Assembly: GCA_963730615.1 (NCBI GenBank)
Contig: CAVSSR010000004.1
Span: 28,890 to 92,889, forward strand
DNA length: 64,000 bases
Source: an uncultured Bacteroidales bacterium
GTDB taxonomy: Bacteria > Bacteroidota > Bacteroidia > Bacteroidales > VadinHA17
Direction of reading: 5' to 3'
The position numbers were made by a program, and so were the translations under genes. Below the pieces are notes generated by a model. It saw only the letters and a program-made list of their open reading frames with translations, searched no databases and was not told the origin of the DNA. This document shows, piece by piece, positions 8,224-19,473 of the stretch (positions are counted from its first letter, which is position 1; each line of letters begins with the position of its first letter).

Positions 8224-8888
8224 GCCGTTCTTATTATTCTGAGTATCCCTGTCATTTCCTTCTCAAGTCTGCTAAGTGCAAGCGGTATGTTCCAGTTCTT
8301 CAGGTTGCGCGGTTCGACCATGTTCGACACAGCCCTGACTGAAATCCATTTGATGTGCATGACCGCACAGGCATAAGCCAGCCATGCTCCTTCCATGGTC
8401 TCGATATCAGGGTTCCATGCATCCATGATACGGTCAATGACCTGCTGTGATCCGGATGTCATGTTCACCGTTGCGGCAGTCACCACAGGGTAGTCTTTGG
8501 CCAGGAGTTCGAACGCTCTGCCCGTGCAGTGTATCCTGCCGTCGCTGAATGGCCACCTGTCAGGGTCAGCCATGTTGGCACTGAAAAGGGAAAGAAAAGT
8601 ACCGTTATCATCCACTCCCATATCGGCAAAACAGTCGGAACGAGGTATCACCACATCACCGGGGGCAAGAGAGGGGGTATAACTGCCTGCGATGCCCGGA
8701 TTGATTACCAGGGCAGGCAGGGTACCTGAGGTGAACCTCTTCTGCAAAGCCCATGACATTGATGCGCCACCAACCCCTGCAACCAGTATCTCACATCCGC
8801 ACCCTGAGTCGCTGACGGCTTTCTGCAGAGCCTCAGCCTCAGAGGGGTGAGCAACAGCAATCAGTATATCTCCCCGCCTGTTATCCAT
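8220..8888 (-). CDS. mqnB: Futalosine hydrolase (PNP/MTAN fold)
   Basis: 'INPGIAGS', 'IETMEGA', 'VRAVSNMVEPRN..NWNIPLA'; adjacent to mqnD. Confidence 0.85.
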   Translation of the reverse strand: MDNRRGDILIAVAHPSEAEALQKAVSDSGCGCEILVAGVGGASMSWALQKRFTSGTLPALVINPGIAGSYTPSLAPGDVVIPRSDCFADMGVDDNGTFLSLFSANMADPDRWPFSDGRIHCTGRAFELLAKDYPVVTAATVNMTSGSQQVIDRIMDAWNPDIETMEGAWLAYACAVMHIKWISVRAVSNMVEPRNLKNWNIPLALSRLEKEMTGILRIIRTA

Positions 8889-8969
8889 TATTATGGTTAT
8901 TAAACTGATAAATATATTATTTTTGAACCATAAACCTGTCATTTTAGTAAATCATTTAACTCAGACAGT

Positions 8970-9380
8970 ATGATCTACCTGACAAGAAGAGAGCGGTTCA
9001 GCTCGGCACACAGAATGTTCCGGCAGGGTCTCAGTGATGAAGAGAACCTGAAGGTCTACGGGAAATGCTCGAACCCTCTCTGGCACGGTCATAACTACGT
9101 ACTTAAGGTGACAGTCAAGGGTGAGCCTGACCCTGAGGTGGGTTACTTCATGAATGCCACACGGCTGAAGGAGATCATCAATGATAGGGTGATAGCAAAG
9201 CTCGATCACAAAAACATGAATGTCGAGACGGACTTCATGGCAGGAAAGGTAGCAACCACAGAGAATCTGGCAATAGCTATATGGGATGAGCTCAGGGCTC
9301 CACTGGCTGCCGAGGGTGCACTTCTGCACTGCATCAGGGTAGAGGAGACAGAAAATAATTTCATTGAATACTACGGATAA
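8970..9380 (+). CDS. 6-pyruvoyl-tetrahydropterin synthase family (PTPS-II-type CX5HGH motif)
   Basis: 'FSSAHR', '[13 protein letters not shown]', 'LDHKN', 'TTENLA', 'ETENN'. Confidence 0.9.
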   Translation: MIYLTRRERFSSAHRMFRQGLSDEENLKVYGKCSNPLWHGHNYVLKVTVKGEPDPEVGYFMNATRLKEIINDRVIAKLDHKNMNVETDFMAGKVATTENLAIAIWDELRAPLAAEGALLHCIRVEETENNFIEYYG

Positions 9381-9381
9381 C

Positions 9382-10017
9382 ATGGAAAAACTAAATGACG
9401 GCAGCGGAAAGCTGACAGACAGCTACAACAAGATCGAGAGATGGAACCCCGAAGTCATCAGGGAAATTTCGGAATACTACTATAAGATACTGAAGTTACT
9501 GGGAGAGGATCCGGAAAGGGAGGGATTGCTGAAGACGCCTGAGAGGGTTGCCAAGGCCCTGAGTTTTCTTACGCGGGGATACGAACAGGATCCTGAAGAG
9601 CTCCTCCGCAGTGCCATCTTCAAGGAAGAGTACCGGCAGATGGTGATAGTGAAAGACATAGATATCTATTCGATGTGCGAGCATCACATGCTGCCCTTCT
9701 TCGGCAAGGCTCACGTAGCTTACATTCCTGACGGAACAATAACCGGGCTGAGCAAGATTGCCCGCGTGGTGGAGACTTATGCAGCGAGATTGCAGGTACA
9801 GGAGAGGCTCACAACGCAGATACGAAACTGTATCCAGGATAACCTCAAGCCCCTGGGGGTGGCCGTTGTCATCGAGGCGCAGCACATGTGCATGCAGATC
9901 AGAGGTGTTCAGAAGCAAAACTCCGTCACCACCACATCCGCCTTCACCGGATGTTTTCTCTCAAACCTCAACACCCGTGAGGAATTTATTCACCTCATCG
10001 GCAGCAGGCTGCACTGA
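9382..10017 (+). CDS. folE: GTP cyclohydrolase I
   Basis: '[11 protein letters not shown]', '[12 protein letters not shown]', 'RLQVQERLT', 'HMCMQIRG'. Confidence 0.96.
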   Translation: MEKLNDGSGKLTDSYNKIERWNPEVIREISEYYYKILKLLGEDPEREGLLKTPERVAKALSFLTRGYEQDPEELLRSAIFKEEYRQMVIVKDIDIYSMCEHHMLPFFGKAHVAYIPDGTITGLSKIARVVETYAARLQVQERLTTQIRNCIQDNLKPLGVAVVIEAQHMCMQIRGVQKQNSVTTTSAFTGCFLSNLNTREEFIHLIGSRLH

Positions 10018-10052
10018 AAATAATACAGTCAAAACAGATTTATCTCCAGTCT

Positions 10053-10941
10053 ATGAAAGCATTTGTATTCCCCGGACAGGGAGCCCAGTTCCCCGGTATG
10101 GGAAAAGATCTTTACGATAACTTCCCGGCAGCACGCGATATGTTTGAGAAAGCCAATGAGATCCTTGGTTTCAGGATAACAGATATAATGTTCGCAGGAA
10201 CGGACGAGGAGCTGCGGCAGACGACGGGTTACGCAACCGGCTATCTTCCTTCATTCAGTGATCCTGACCACGGTGATGGGGAAGGATTTTGACCCGGCAA
10301 TGGTTGCCGGTCATTCGCTGGGCGAGTTCTCGGCTCTTGTGGCCGCCGGGGCACTCTCCTTTGAAGACGGGCTGAAACTTGTTGCAGGCAGGGCCGATGC
10401 CATGCAGAAGGCCTGCGCCCTCACTCCTTCTACAATGGCGGCTGTGCTTGGCATGGATGATGCAGTGGTTGAAGAGGTATGCCGTTCGGTACCTGAGACC
10501 GTTGTGCCGGCCAACTACAACTGTCCCGGTCAGATAGTGATCTCCGGTACCATTGAGGGTGTAAGCATAGCCACCGAAGAGCTTAAGAAGAGGGGAGGCA
10601 AAAGAATACTGCCTCTTTCCGTCAGCGGGGCTTTTCACTCGCCATGCATGGAGCCGGCACGTCTGGAACTTGAGGAGGCTATCAGGGCGGCACACTTCCG
10701 CAGCCCGTCGTGCCCTGTGTATCAAAATGTCACAGGCATGCCTGTCACCGACCCCGGTCAGATCATGGATAACCTTATTGCGCAGCTGACCTCACCTGTA
10801 AGATGGACGCAGACAATAACGAGGATGATCGCTGACGGGGCTGTATCGTTTGTGGAAGCAGGCCCGGGAAATGTTCTTCAGGGTCTTATAAAAAAGATTG
10901 ACAGGGATGCGGTTACTTCAGCCGCAGCTGTCAACTGCTGA
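10053..10941 (+). CDS. fabD: Malonyl-CoA:ACP transacylase (one +1 insertion near 10224)
   Basis: 'FVFPGQGAQ' in the first ORF; '[10 protein letters not shown]', 'SGAFHS', 'SPVRW' in the second. Confidence 0.93.
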
Positions 10942-13900
10942 AAGATATAACAGTCATACCCAGTTGTCCGTCCATGCGGATAACAAGCGGTTTCTCAAAC
11001 CGTATATGAGTGAAGAATCTGCCATTGCTGATCACCTTCTGCTCTCTCAGCCTTTTCCACATAATAATTCCTTCGCCGGAATCCTCGTTGACCGAGAGAT
11101 AGCCGATATTCATTGAGGTGACGTTATGAAAGAAATGAGAGCCCTGTGAAGCGTCAAGGCGGAAGTTGGGAAGTCCTACCTCAACGATGACCCTGGCATT
11201 GGATATCTGCGGCCAGGCAACGGGTATACCCAGGAACCTGTCTTTAGTACCCCATCTGCCCGGACCGATCAGCACATACCTCCTGCTTTCAAGCATCATC
11301 TTCCTGTTGATGGCTTCTATCTCTTCAGCCATCTCGGCAGTCTTCAGGTTGTCAAACTTATCCGGTTCAATATAAATAAGGTCGGTTATATCCTCTACAA
11401 GTCCGTTGCCCATGCTCTTTTTTGATACAAGGACCATGTCGTCGGCAGAGACACTCTCAGGGTCGATTGAATATCCTGCGCCGCTGCCGACAAGAGGTTT
11501 GACCTGAAGCAGGTAGAATGATGCCTTATCATCATCATCTTTGGTGAGGTCAACGGCAAACTCAATCTCCACCGGTGCGCCAAAGGCTTCCCTGGTCACT
11601 TCAAGCACTTTTCTCAGCGTTGATGCCAGAGGTACATAATCATATTTAAGTATATCTGCAAAATTGACCACCCTGGGTCCGGGGTTATAAAGTCCCGGCG
11701 TAAGCGTATCATTATCGGCGCTGAGCACTGATGCAGAGTGCTTCAGCGTGCCGTCGGCCTCTGCCCGGCTGATATCGAGCTTCACCAGGCTTGCACTCTC
11801 ACCCTGAAGCAGGTCAACATCGCTCTTTGCCATGTTAAGGGCATAGAAATCAAGCTGCGAATGGCTCGCAAGGTCATCAATTGAGACTATATCAAGAGAA
11901 GGATACGAGGGGGAGAATCTGAAGGCCCTCTCGCCGTCAAGAACATACTGACCGAGACCCACCGCCACGACAGCGAAGCCATCATGAGGTGTCATATTCG
12001 CAACAGGGTAGAAGTTAAACGACTGGGCGGTGCCGCTGATATGAGGGTAGAATATATCACCGTAACTGTTACCGACAACCGACTGTATCACCACAGCCAT
12101 TTTCTCCTGTTCCACCTTGAAGTTTATAGCTTCAAAATAAATGCGTGAGTTGTCCGAGTATATAGAAGAAAAGACCAGCTTGACAGCACCAAGCAGCTGT
12201 CGGAGTCTGACTTCCGGGTCAGGATGATTATTCGGCAGAATATATGTCCCGAAGATTCCCGAGAAAGGCTGACTGAGAAAATCTTCAAACAGGCTTGATG
12301 ACCTCACTGCCAGGGGTCCGGTGATGCGGCTTATATATACCCGGAGCTTTTTTTCGAGACCGCTGCTGAGGCTTCCGGCGAGGAACAGCTTCTGCAGATC
12401 AATGAAGTGCTTATCACTGTTCACCTCCTTCCACAGGTGGTTGCTCTCCATGAAACGGTCAAACTCATCAGTGCCGATGATAGCAGTGACGGGTGTCTTA
12501 ATGTTGATATCAGGCAGGAGGCGTCCGAGCTCAAAGCTGTATATCAGGGTGTTGATAAATGCGAGGCCACGGCCCTTACCTCCCAGCGAGCCGCTGGCAA
12601 GGCTGACAACATTTGATTCATCAATGACAAGTGACTCATCAAAATTGACCACCTTGCCCTTGTTCATTTCAATCCTTCTCTTTCTGATGATATCAATCAG
12701 AAACTCCCTCAGATCTTTCAGGCTGTCGAAGTCAGACAGCTTTACCGGGTTGATCATTTTGGCGATCTTCACCTCCCCCCTGGCCATTAGCCAGAGCGAG
12801 AAACTGGTTCTTCATCCCGTGATAGACCAGGGAATCTTCAGGTACAGTCTGAAGATAAGCCTCAAACTCCTTCATTGACCTGGCAACGGCTATCTGACGT
12901 ACCATTTGTGTCGCGATAAACAAAATGGCCAAACCCGAGGTAATAGGTGATGAACGATTTAAGATCCTGCAGCAGGGTCTCGGAGGTCTTGTTGATGAAG
13001 CTGGCTTTGAGCTCCGTGGCAAACCTGGCATTTTCAGGGTCAGATGACTGCAGCACTGTCGGCAGGTTGGGCTGCTCATGCCTGATTTGCTTAATAAGTT
13101 CATAACCTGCCATGTCATATAGTGCACCATCCTTTGGAAAGCGCATATCGGAAATAATACCGAGGAGGCTGTCCTTGTACATGGTGTAAACTGACATTGC
13201 CTCTTCCCATGTGGTTGCCAGGAGAATCTTCGGCCTTGCCCTTAGTTTAAGCACCTTATAGAGTTCATCGGATGAGACATCCTCAATCAGGTTACGGGTC
13301 TGTTCAAGGATCAGGGTGTACAGCATCGGCACATATTCGGAGTAATAGTCTGCCGCATCCTCAATCAGAAGTATGACCCCGGTAAGTCCTTTTTTGGTGT
13401 CGTTCTCAACATTAACCTTATCCTCAAGCAGTTTGGCCATGGCAAAGAAAACCCTTGATTCACCGGTCCATATAAAATAGTTGTCAAAGGGCACACCCAG
13501 TTCTTTCTGGTTCTGTACAAAAGGTATGTCACCCGGATTATTCAGAAGCAGCAAGGTGGGGATATAGGGATATTTTTCCTTGATCTTCCGGCAGAGTGTC
13601 ATCGGGTTCCTTTTATCGACGCCCACCATGATGATGATCATGTCATAGTGTCTTACCTCGAGGCGGGCAAAAGCCTCATCCTCTCCTGAGACGCCTGTGA
13701 CCCTGGGGATGGACGTAAGGCTCATCTGGTAATATTCGCCCAGCATATGATCGGAGAAGCGTCCTTCGCCTTCGATTGAATATGCGTCATAGAGGCTGGC
13801 GACAAGCAGTATCTCCCTGACCATGAAAGGCATGAGATCATGAAAGACGTCTCTTTCGGCATTATGACGGTCGAGGAACTTCTGCAGCAGTTTCCTGCTT

Positions 13901-14404
13901 GAGAGCCCGGTTATATTTTCATCTTCACTGTCGTCATCGCGTGATGAAGTCATCAGATCCCCTGGCTTCCAGACTGTTGATATAACCGGTTATCAGTCCG
14001 GAGATATTTCTTATCAGGTCACGTTCCTCTTTCAGGAACGGACCTTCATATTCTTCAAGGAATTCACGGGTATAGTAAATCTCGACTGATCCTTCGCCTT
14101 CAACGGTAGTAAAATCCTGCACCATCTTCCAGGCAGTCTCTTTCAAACCCGGAGTTTCAAAGGATTTGTCACGGTATCTTATGCGGGCAGCCGTAAAATC
14201 AGGATACTGCCATGCGGCAGGAAGGATCAGCACAAGATGCATAAGTGTTTCGTCAACAGGTTTCCTTTCCTTAAGGATCTGTGTTGCACGGTTTATGCAT
14301 GACAGTTCTTTCAGGCGTTCCTGCTGTTCATGTAAGATGCGGATGTACCCCGTATCGTCTTTGGGCTGTTGCTCCATAAAGGCATCATTGGAATCAGACG
14401 CCAA
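10931..14404 (-). CDS. Large fusion: GAF-like sensor + receiver-like domains + PEP/pyruvate-binding (PPDK_N) domain (three apparent +1 insertions at ~13961, ~12900, ~12802)
   Basis: 'LGGKGRGLAF', 'LAVRSSSLFED', 'PFSGIFGTY', 'VEIEFAV', 'FYLLQVKP'; four ORF fragments join in frame when one base is removed at each break. Confidence 0.75.
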
Positions 14405-14454
14405 AATTAGTAAAATAGATTAAAACCGGTGCGAATATTCCCGGGATAGAACGG

Positions 14455-15477
14455 CTACTTCACTATCCAGGTCGAGCCGCTGTTCAGGAGGTCATCCATA
14501 GACTTTATCTTTGATGTGGCCTGAACCCTGACATGCTGTTCAACCATGGCTCCGTCATACGTCTGTGATTTTACCGCTCTGATAACTCCCAGGGCTACAG
14601 GGTATTCAGGGTATTGCATGCCTGCAAGCATGTAGTGGATACCCGGGTCTGTCTCCTCTGCGTCATGCACAAGAAGATCCTTTTCCGTCACGCCGCCTTC
14701 GCCGATCTTCACCACTTTCAGCTTCAGGCCGTCGAGTATCAGGCCTTTGTCATGTTCCTTTCCGAATACCATCGGCTGGCCATGACGCAGCACAATAGTC
14801 CTGTCATCCCTGGTCTCCTTGTTGGTTATATTGTCATGCACCCCATCGGCGAAGATGACGCAGTTTTGTATGGCTTCAACCACAGCTGTACCATGGAAGA
14901 GAGCAGTTGCCTTATAGACTTCACCTGAGAGCTGGAGGTTATAATCAATTGTCCGCGCAAAGAAACGTCCATGAGCGCCTATGACCAGCTGTCCTATTAT
15001 AAAAGGTTCCTCGATAGTACCGTAGGGTGAGGTCTTTGTCACCAGTCCTTTTGACGATGTCGGGGAATACTGTCCCTTTGTCAGACCGTATATTTCATTA
15101 TTGAACAGGAGGATCTTGATGTCAATATTACGTCTTATTGCATGAATGAAATGATTTCCCCCGATGGCAAGTGCATCACCGTCACCGGTCATCTCCCAGA
15201 CCATAAGGTCAGGGTTGGCGATTTTGATACCTGTAGCTATTGCTGCAGCCCTTCCGTGAATGCTGTGAAAGCCGTAGGTATTCATATAGTAAGGCAACCG
15301 TGAAGAGCATCCTATGCCAGAGACGAACACATACTTTTCCTTCGGCACGCCCATTTCAGCAAGTGTCTTCTGCAGTGAGGCAAGAATCCCGTGATCTCCG
15401 CATCCCGGACACCATCTTACTTCCTGGTCACTTTTAAAATCTTTTGCAGTGTACTGCAATGTGTTTGTGTCGGCCAT
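14455..15477 (-). CDS. korB: 2-oxoacid:ferredoxin oxidoreductase beta subunit
   Basis: 'WCPGCGD', 'SGIGCSSR', TPP motif 'GDGDALAIGGN', 'YGLTKGQYSPT'. Confidence 0.93.
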   Translation of the reverse strand: MADTNTLQYTAKDFKSDQEVRWCPGCGDHGILASLQKTLAEMGVPKEKYVFVSGIGCSSRLPYYMNTYGFHSIHGRAAAIATGIKIANPDLMVWEMTGDGDALAIGGNHFIHAIRRNIDIKILLFNNEIYGLTKGQYSPTSSKGLVTKTSPYGTIEEPFIIGQLVIGAHGRFFARTIDYNLQLSGEVYKATALFHGTAVVEAIQNCVIFADGVHDNITNKETRDDRTIVLRHGQPMVFGKEHDKGLILDGLKLKVVKIGEGGVTEKDLLVHDAEETDPGIHYMLAGMQYPEYPVALGVIRAVKSQTYDGAMVEQHVRVQATSKIKSMDDLLNSGSTWIVK

Positions 15478-15478
15478 G

Positions 15479-17324
15479 TTATTTACCCTCCAGTAATTTA
15501 ATACAATAGTCCTTTATTTCCTTAACAGTGAATGGCAGTCCCTGAATCTTATTATACTGATGATAGGTGAACTTCTGATATTTCATCCTGAGGAAGTTTG
15601 CAAACTGTCCTGCGTTAAGCTCACATACAACCAGTTTCTTAAAACCTGCAAACACTTCTGCGGAGTTTGCAGGCAGGGGTCTGATATAGTTGAAATTGAC
15701 TGATGAGACATTAAAGCCTTCTTCGTTCAGTTCGGTCACAGCGCTGACCAGGTGTCCGTATGTGCTGCCCCATCCGATCAGCAGGAGGTCTCCGCTCTTA
15801 TTTCCGGTTATCTCCAGATCAGGCACATCTGAAACTACGCGTTCAACCTTTTCATCTCTCAGTCTTAACCATGAGCTCATGGTTTTCCGGAGTATAAGAC
15901 ACGCTTCCCTTTATTGTCTTCTCGAGGCCGCCGATGCGGTGTTCCATTCCCGGCATACCGGGTACGGCCCAGCGGCGTGCCAGTGTTTCAGGATCTCTCT
16001 CGTAGGGAAGATAATCTTTATCAGTTTTGACAGCCCACGGTACTTCGATGGCCGGCAAATCCTTCATTGCAGGTATCTTCCACGGTTCTGACCCGTTAGC
16101 CAGGTAACTGTCTGTCAGCAGTATCACCGGGGTCATATGTTCAATGGCTATTTTTCCGGCTTCGAAGGCATACTTAAAGCAGTCGGAAGGTGTTCCGGCG
16201 GCAATGACCACCACGGGGCTCTCGCCGTTGCGGCCGTAGAGTGCCTGCCACAGGTCAGCCTGTTCAGTCTTGGTGGGCAGGCCGGTAGAAGGGCCCGCTC
16301 TCTGAACGTCAACTATCACCAGGGGCAATTCAGTCATGACAGCCAGGTTGATGGCTTCAGACTTCAGTGCCAGTCCCGGGCCTGAGGTGCTTGTCACCGC
16401 CAGGCGTCCGGTGTAGCTTGCGCCGATAGCGGTACATATTCCGGCTATCTCATCTTCTGCCTGAAGGCTCTTGGCGCCAAGATCCTTGCGCAGTGCCAGT
16501 TCTTCGAGTATACCAGTCGCAGGGGTGATGGGGTACGAGCCTATAAACAGCTTGAGGCCTGCTTTCTCGGCGGCAGCGAGGAGCCCCCATGCGGTTGCCT
16601 GGTTGCCGTTGATGTTCCGGTAAACGCCTTCCTCTATCTGGGCAGGGCTTACATGGTATGAGGGCGTGAGGGCCTCAATGGTCTCGGCATAATAATATCC
16701 GGCCCTGAGAACCTTGCTGTTCGCCTCTGCAATGAGAGGCTTCTTGCCAAATTTATCTTCAATAAATTCTTCGGTATAGTTAAGCTTGCTGTCAAACAGC
16801 CAGTAGACCATGCCAAGGGCAAACATGTTCTTGGTCCTCAGAACAGTCTTGGCATCGATTTCCATGTCCTTCAGGACTTCCTTAACCATTGAGGTTATAG
16901 GGGCGCGAATAAGGTTCAGGTTGTCAAGCTTGTCCTCAGCGAAAGGGTCTGCGGTATAGCCTGCGCGCTGTATGGATTTCTCAGTGAAATTATCACTATC
17001 ATAAATGATCGTTGAATCCTTGGTGAGACAACGGGCATTGGCGCGTACAGCGGCCGGGTTCATTGCCACAAGCACATCTGCAAAATCTCCCGGTGTATTT
17101 ATATGTCTGCGCCCTATATGGACCTGGAATCCGGAGACACCTCCCACTGTTCCCTGGGGAGCCCTTATCTCGGCAGGGTAATCGGGAAAGGTGGAGATAT
17201 CATTCCCGAACAGTGCCGAGGTGTTTGAGAAGAGGGTGCCTGTAAGCTGCATCCCGTCACCCGAGTCACCTGAAAACTTGATCACCACAGCATCCTTTTC
17301 TATGACCTTCAATCTTTTTGACAT
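15479..17324 (-). CDS. korA: 2-oxoacid:ferredoxin oxidoreductase alpha subunit (+1 insertion near 15866)
   Basis: 'FSGDSGDGMQLTG', 'YPITPAT', 'TSTSGPG', 'QRAGPSTGLPTK'. Confidence 0.93.
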
Positions 17325-17414
17325 GATAATTATCTGGTTTTTTGTATCAATAAAACAATTATAAAAGTAACCAATTTAACGACGTTAAGTTCAGTATAAC
17401 ACTCTTATATGAGT

Positions 17415-17428
17415 ATGATTTTGGTCAT
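17415..17428. promoter_or_regulatory. ATGA-N6-TCAT palindrome (CRP/FNR-type site) upstream of korAB
   Basis: ATGATTTTGGTCAT; same geometry as the site at 4157-4170. Confidence 0.4.
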
Positions 17429-17511
17429 GTTTGACACGACTGCCGGACTAATTGAACAACAGAGAGATAAAAGCGGAGAAACTGTTGAAGGAAAAGGGCA
17501 TCTGAGCCGTT

Positions 17512-18318
17512 TCACGACCAGATGTCGGCCTTCTGCAGATTGATATTGCTTTCGAAAAACATCCGGGCGATCTTTTCGAAATAATCTGTAAAGTCTGAAA
17601 CAAAGAAGAGATCTTCCCCTGCCCTGCCGCTGTTGAGAAGGTTATGCTTTTCAAGCACATCTCTCAGCCTGGCTGCAACTATCCTGGCAGAATCGACCAC
17701 CTCAATCCTGAAATTGAAGAACTTGGTTATCTGGTTGCGTATTATCGGGTAGTGTGTGCATCCGAGAATAAGGGCATCAATATCACTCAGGCCCTTGTCA
17801 GAGAGATATGTACGTATGATGGCATTGCTTATGTCATCAAATATGAAGCCCTCTTCAATCATCGGAACAAGCAGGGGTGTGGCGAGAGAGAAGACGCTGG
17901 TGGAAGGTGATGCCTCACGGATCTTCTTTTCGTAGGTGCCGGAGCTGATTGTTCTCTTGGTGCCGATGACACCCAGTTTTTTGTAATTGCCGGTAGCCAC
18001 ATGTTCGACAACCGGATTGATAACATCGAGGATAATGGCCCGGTCACCGTATTCTTCGAGGAGGTTCTCATAAGCTGAAGCAGAGGCCGAGTTACAGGCG
18101 ATAAGAACCATCTTGGCGTCATAGCCAAGCAGGAATTCAGTTATGCGCCGCGAGTAGTTGCGTATTGCCTCTTCAGATTTGTCTCCGTAGGGAAGGTGGG
18201 CCGTGTCACCGAAGTAAATGATCCTTTCTCCGGGGAGGGTCTGTCTGATGGCATGTGCCACTGTCAGTCCGCCGACACCTGAATCAAAGACACCTATCGG
18301 GCGTTTTCCTGTTTCCAT
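17512..18318 (-). CDS. murI: Glutamate racemase
   Basis: 'FDSGVGGLTV', 'PYGDKS', 'ACNSAS', 'LGCTHYP'. Confidence 0.96.
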   Translation of the reverse strand: METGKRPIGVFDSGVGGLTVAHAIRQTLPGERIIYFGDTAHLPYGDKSEEAIRNYSRRITEFLLGYDAKMVLIACNSASASAYENLLEEYGDRAIILDVINPVVEHVATGNYKKLGVIGTKRTISSGTYEKKIREASPSTSVFSLATPLLVPMIEEGFIFDDISNAIIRTYLSDKGLSDIDALILGCTHYPIIRNQITKFFNFRIEVVDSARIVAARLRDVLEKHNLLNSGRAGEDLFFVSDFTDYFEKIARMFFESNINLQKADIWS

Positions 18319-18327
18319 AATGTCTTT

Positions 18328-18362
18328 AAAAGAAAGGCTGTCTGCCTGTGGCGGACAGCCTT
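18328..18362 (-). terminator. Intrinsic terminator-like hairpin after the skp pair
   Basis: AAGGCTGTC/GACAGCCTT stem followed by TCTTTT on the minus strand. Confidence 0.6.
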
Positions 18363-18380
18363 CCGACCATTGAGTTTATC

Positions 18381-18894
18381 TTATTTAAGTCCAAGCTTGG
18401 TCTTGACCAGCGGGGCAACATCGGTGCTTTTTGTCGGGTCAAAATAGATAAGGGTACGGACATCATATACATATACGAAGCCCTGGGCTTTGGCAACATC
18501 ATTGATTGCGGCGGTTACCTTTTCTATTATAGGATTTAGCAGTTCCGTCTGTTTTTCCTGAAGCTGCACCTGAGCCTGCTGCTGGAAATTAGCGATGCGG
18601 CCCTGCATATCTGACAAGCTCCTGTTCCTTGTTGGTTTTCACCAGGTCAGTAAGGGTCTTGCTGTCCTTAACATACTGGTCAAGTTTGTTATTGTACTCA
18701 ACCTGCATCAGTTCCAAAGCATTGGTCAGCTCCTGACCATATGCATTATAAGCTTTCATTGCCGTATCGTAATCAGGCATGGCCATGATTATATCATCCC
18801 TGTTTATATGGCCTGTCTTGAATGACTGTGCAATACCATCCTGTGCTGTAAAAATAAGTGCAGCGGTCAGGAGTAATCCAAATACTTTTTTCAT
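18381..18894 (-). CDS. OmpH/Skp chaperone 2 (+1 insertion near 18616)
   Basis: 'KTGHIN..DII.AMP', 'LLNPIIEKV..AINDVAK..GFVYVYD'. Confidence 0.88.
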
Positions 18895-18932
18895 TGTTTT
18901 CGTTTTCAAATTAATCGTGCAAATGTAATTAT

Positions 18933-19448
18933 TTAATTTTTATAACCGAGTTTCTGTAACACCTGGTCCGAGAGGTCATATCTCGGGTTGGCAAAGAGGA
19001 TATTTGAACCTGCCGAGGTATCAAATATGACGGCGTAACTGCCTTCGACAGACATTTCCTTTATTGCTTTAAGTATCTCATCCTGAATTGGTTTTACCAG
19101 CTCTTCACGTTTCTTATAGAGTTCACCTTCCATGCCGAAATAGGTGTTTTGCAGGTCTTTAATTTCCTTTTCCTTGGCAATGATTGCTTCCTCTCTTTTC
19201 TTCTTCTGGTCCTGTGACAGAAGCACAACTTCTGCCTGGTAATCCTTGTACATCTGCTCAACGGCAGCATAGCCGTTTGCAACTTCTTTCTCCCATCCTT
19301 CAGACAGTTTGTCGAGCTGCTGCTGGGCAGCGGTGAAAGCAGGGATATTATTCCTTATATACTCGCTGTCGACAAAAGCGAATTTCTGGGCTGTGCCGCT
19401 TAATGTGGCTGCGAACATCAACACTGTCAAAACAATAATCTTCCTCAT
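18933..19448 (-). CDS. OmpH/Skp chaperone 1
   Basis: 'KFAFVDSEYI', 'LVKPIQDEI', 'YDLSDQVLQKLG'. Confidence 0.92.
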   Translation of the reverse strand: MRKIIVLTVLMFAATLSGTAQKFAFVDSEYIRNNIPAFTAAQQQLDKLSEGWEKEVANGYAAVEQMYKDYQAEVVLLSQDQKKKREEAIIAKEKEIKDLQNTYFGMEGELYKKREELVKPIQDEILKAIKEMSVEGSYAVIFDTSAGSNILFANPRYDLSDQVLQKLGYKN

Positions 19449-19473
19449 AGCTTTTTTGTTTGTTTGTTATTTA

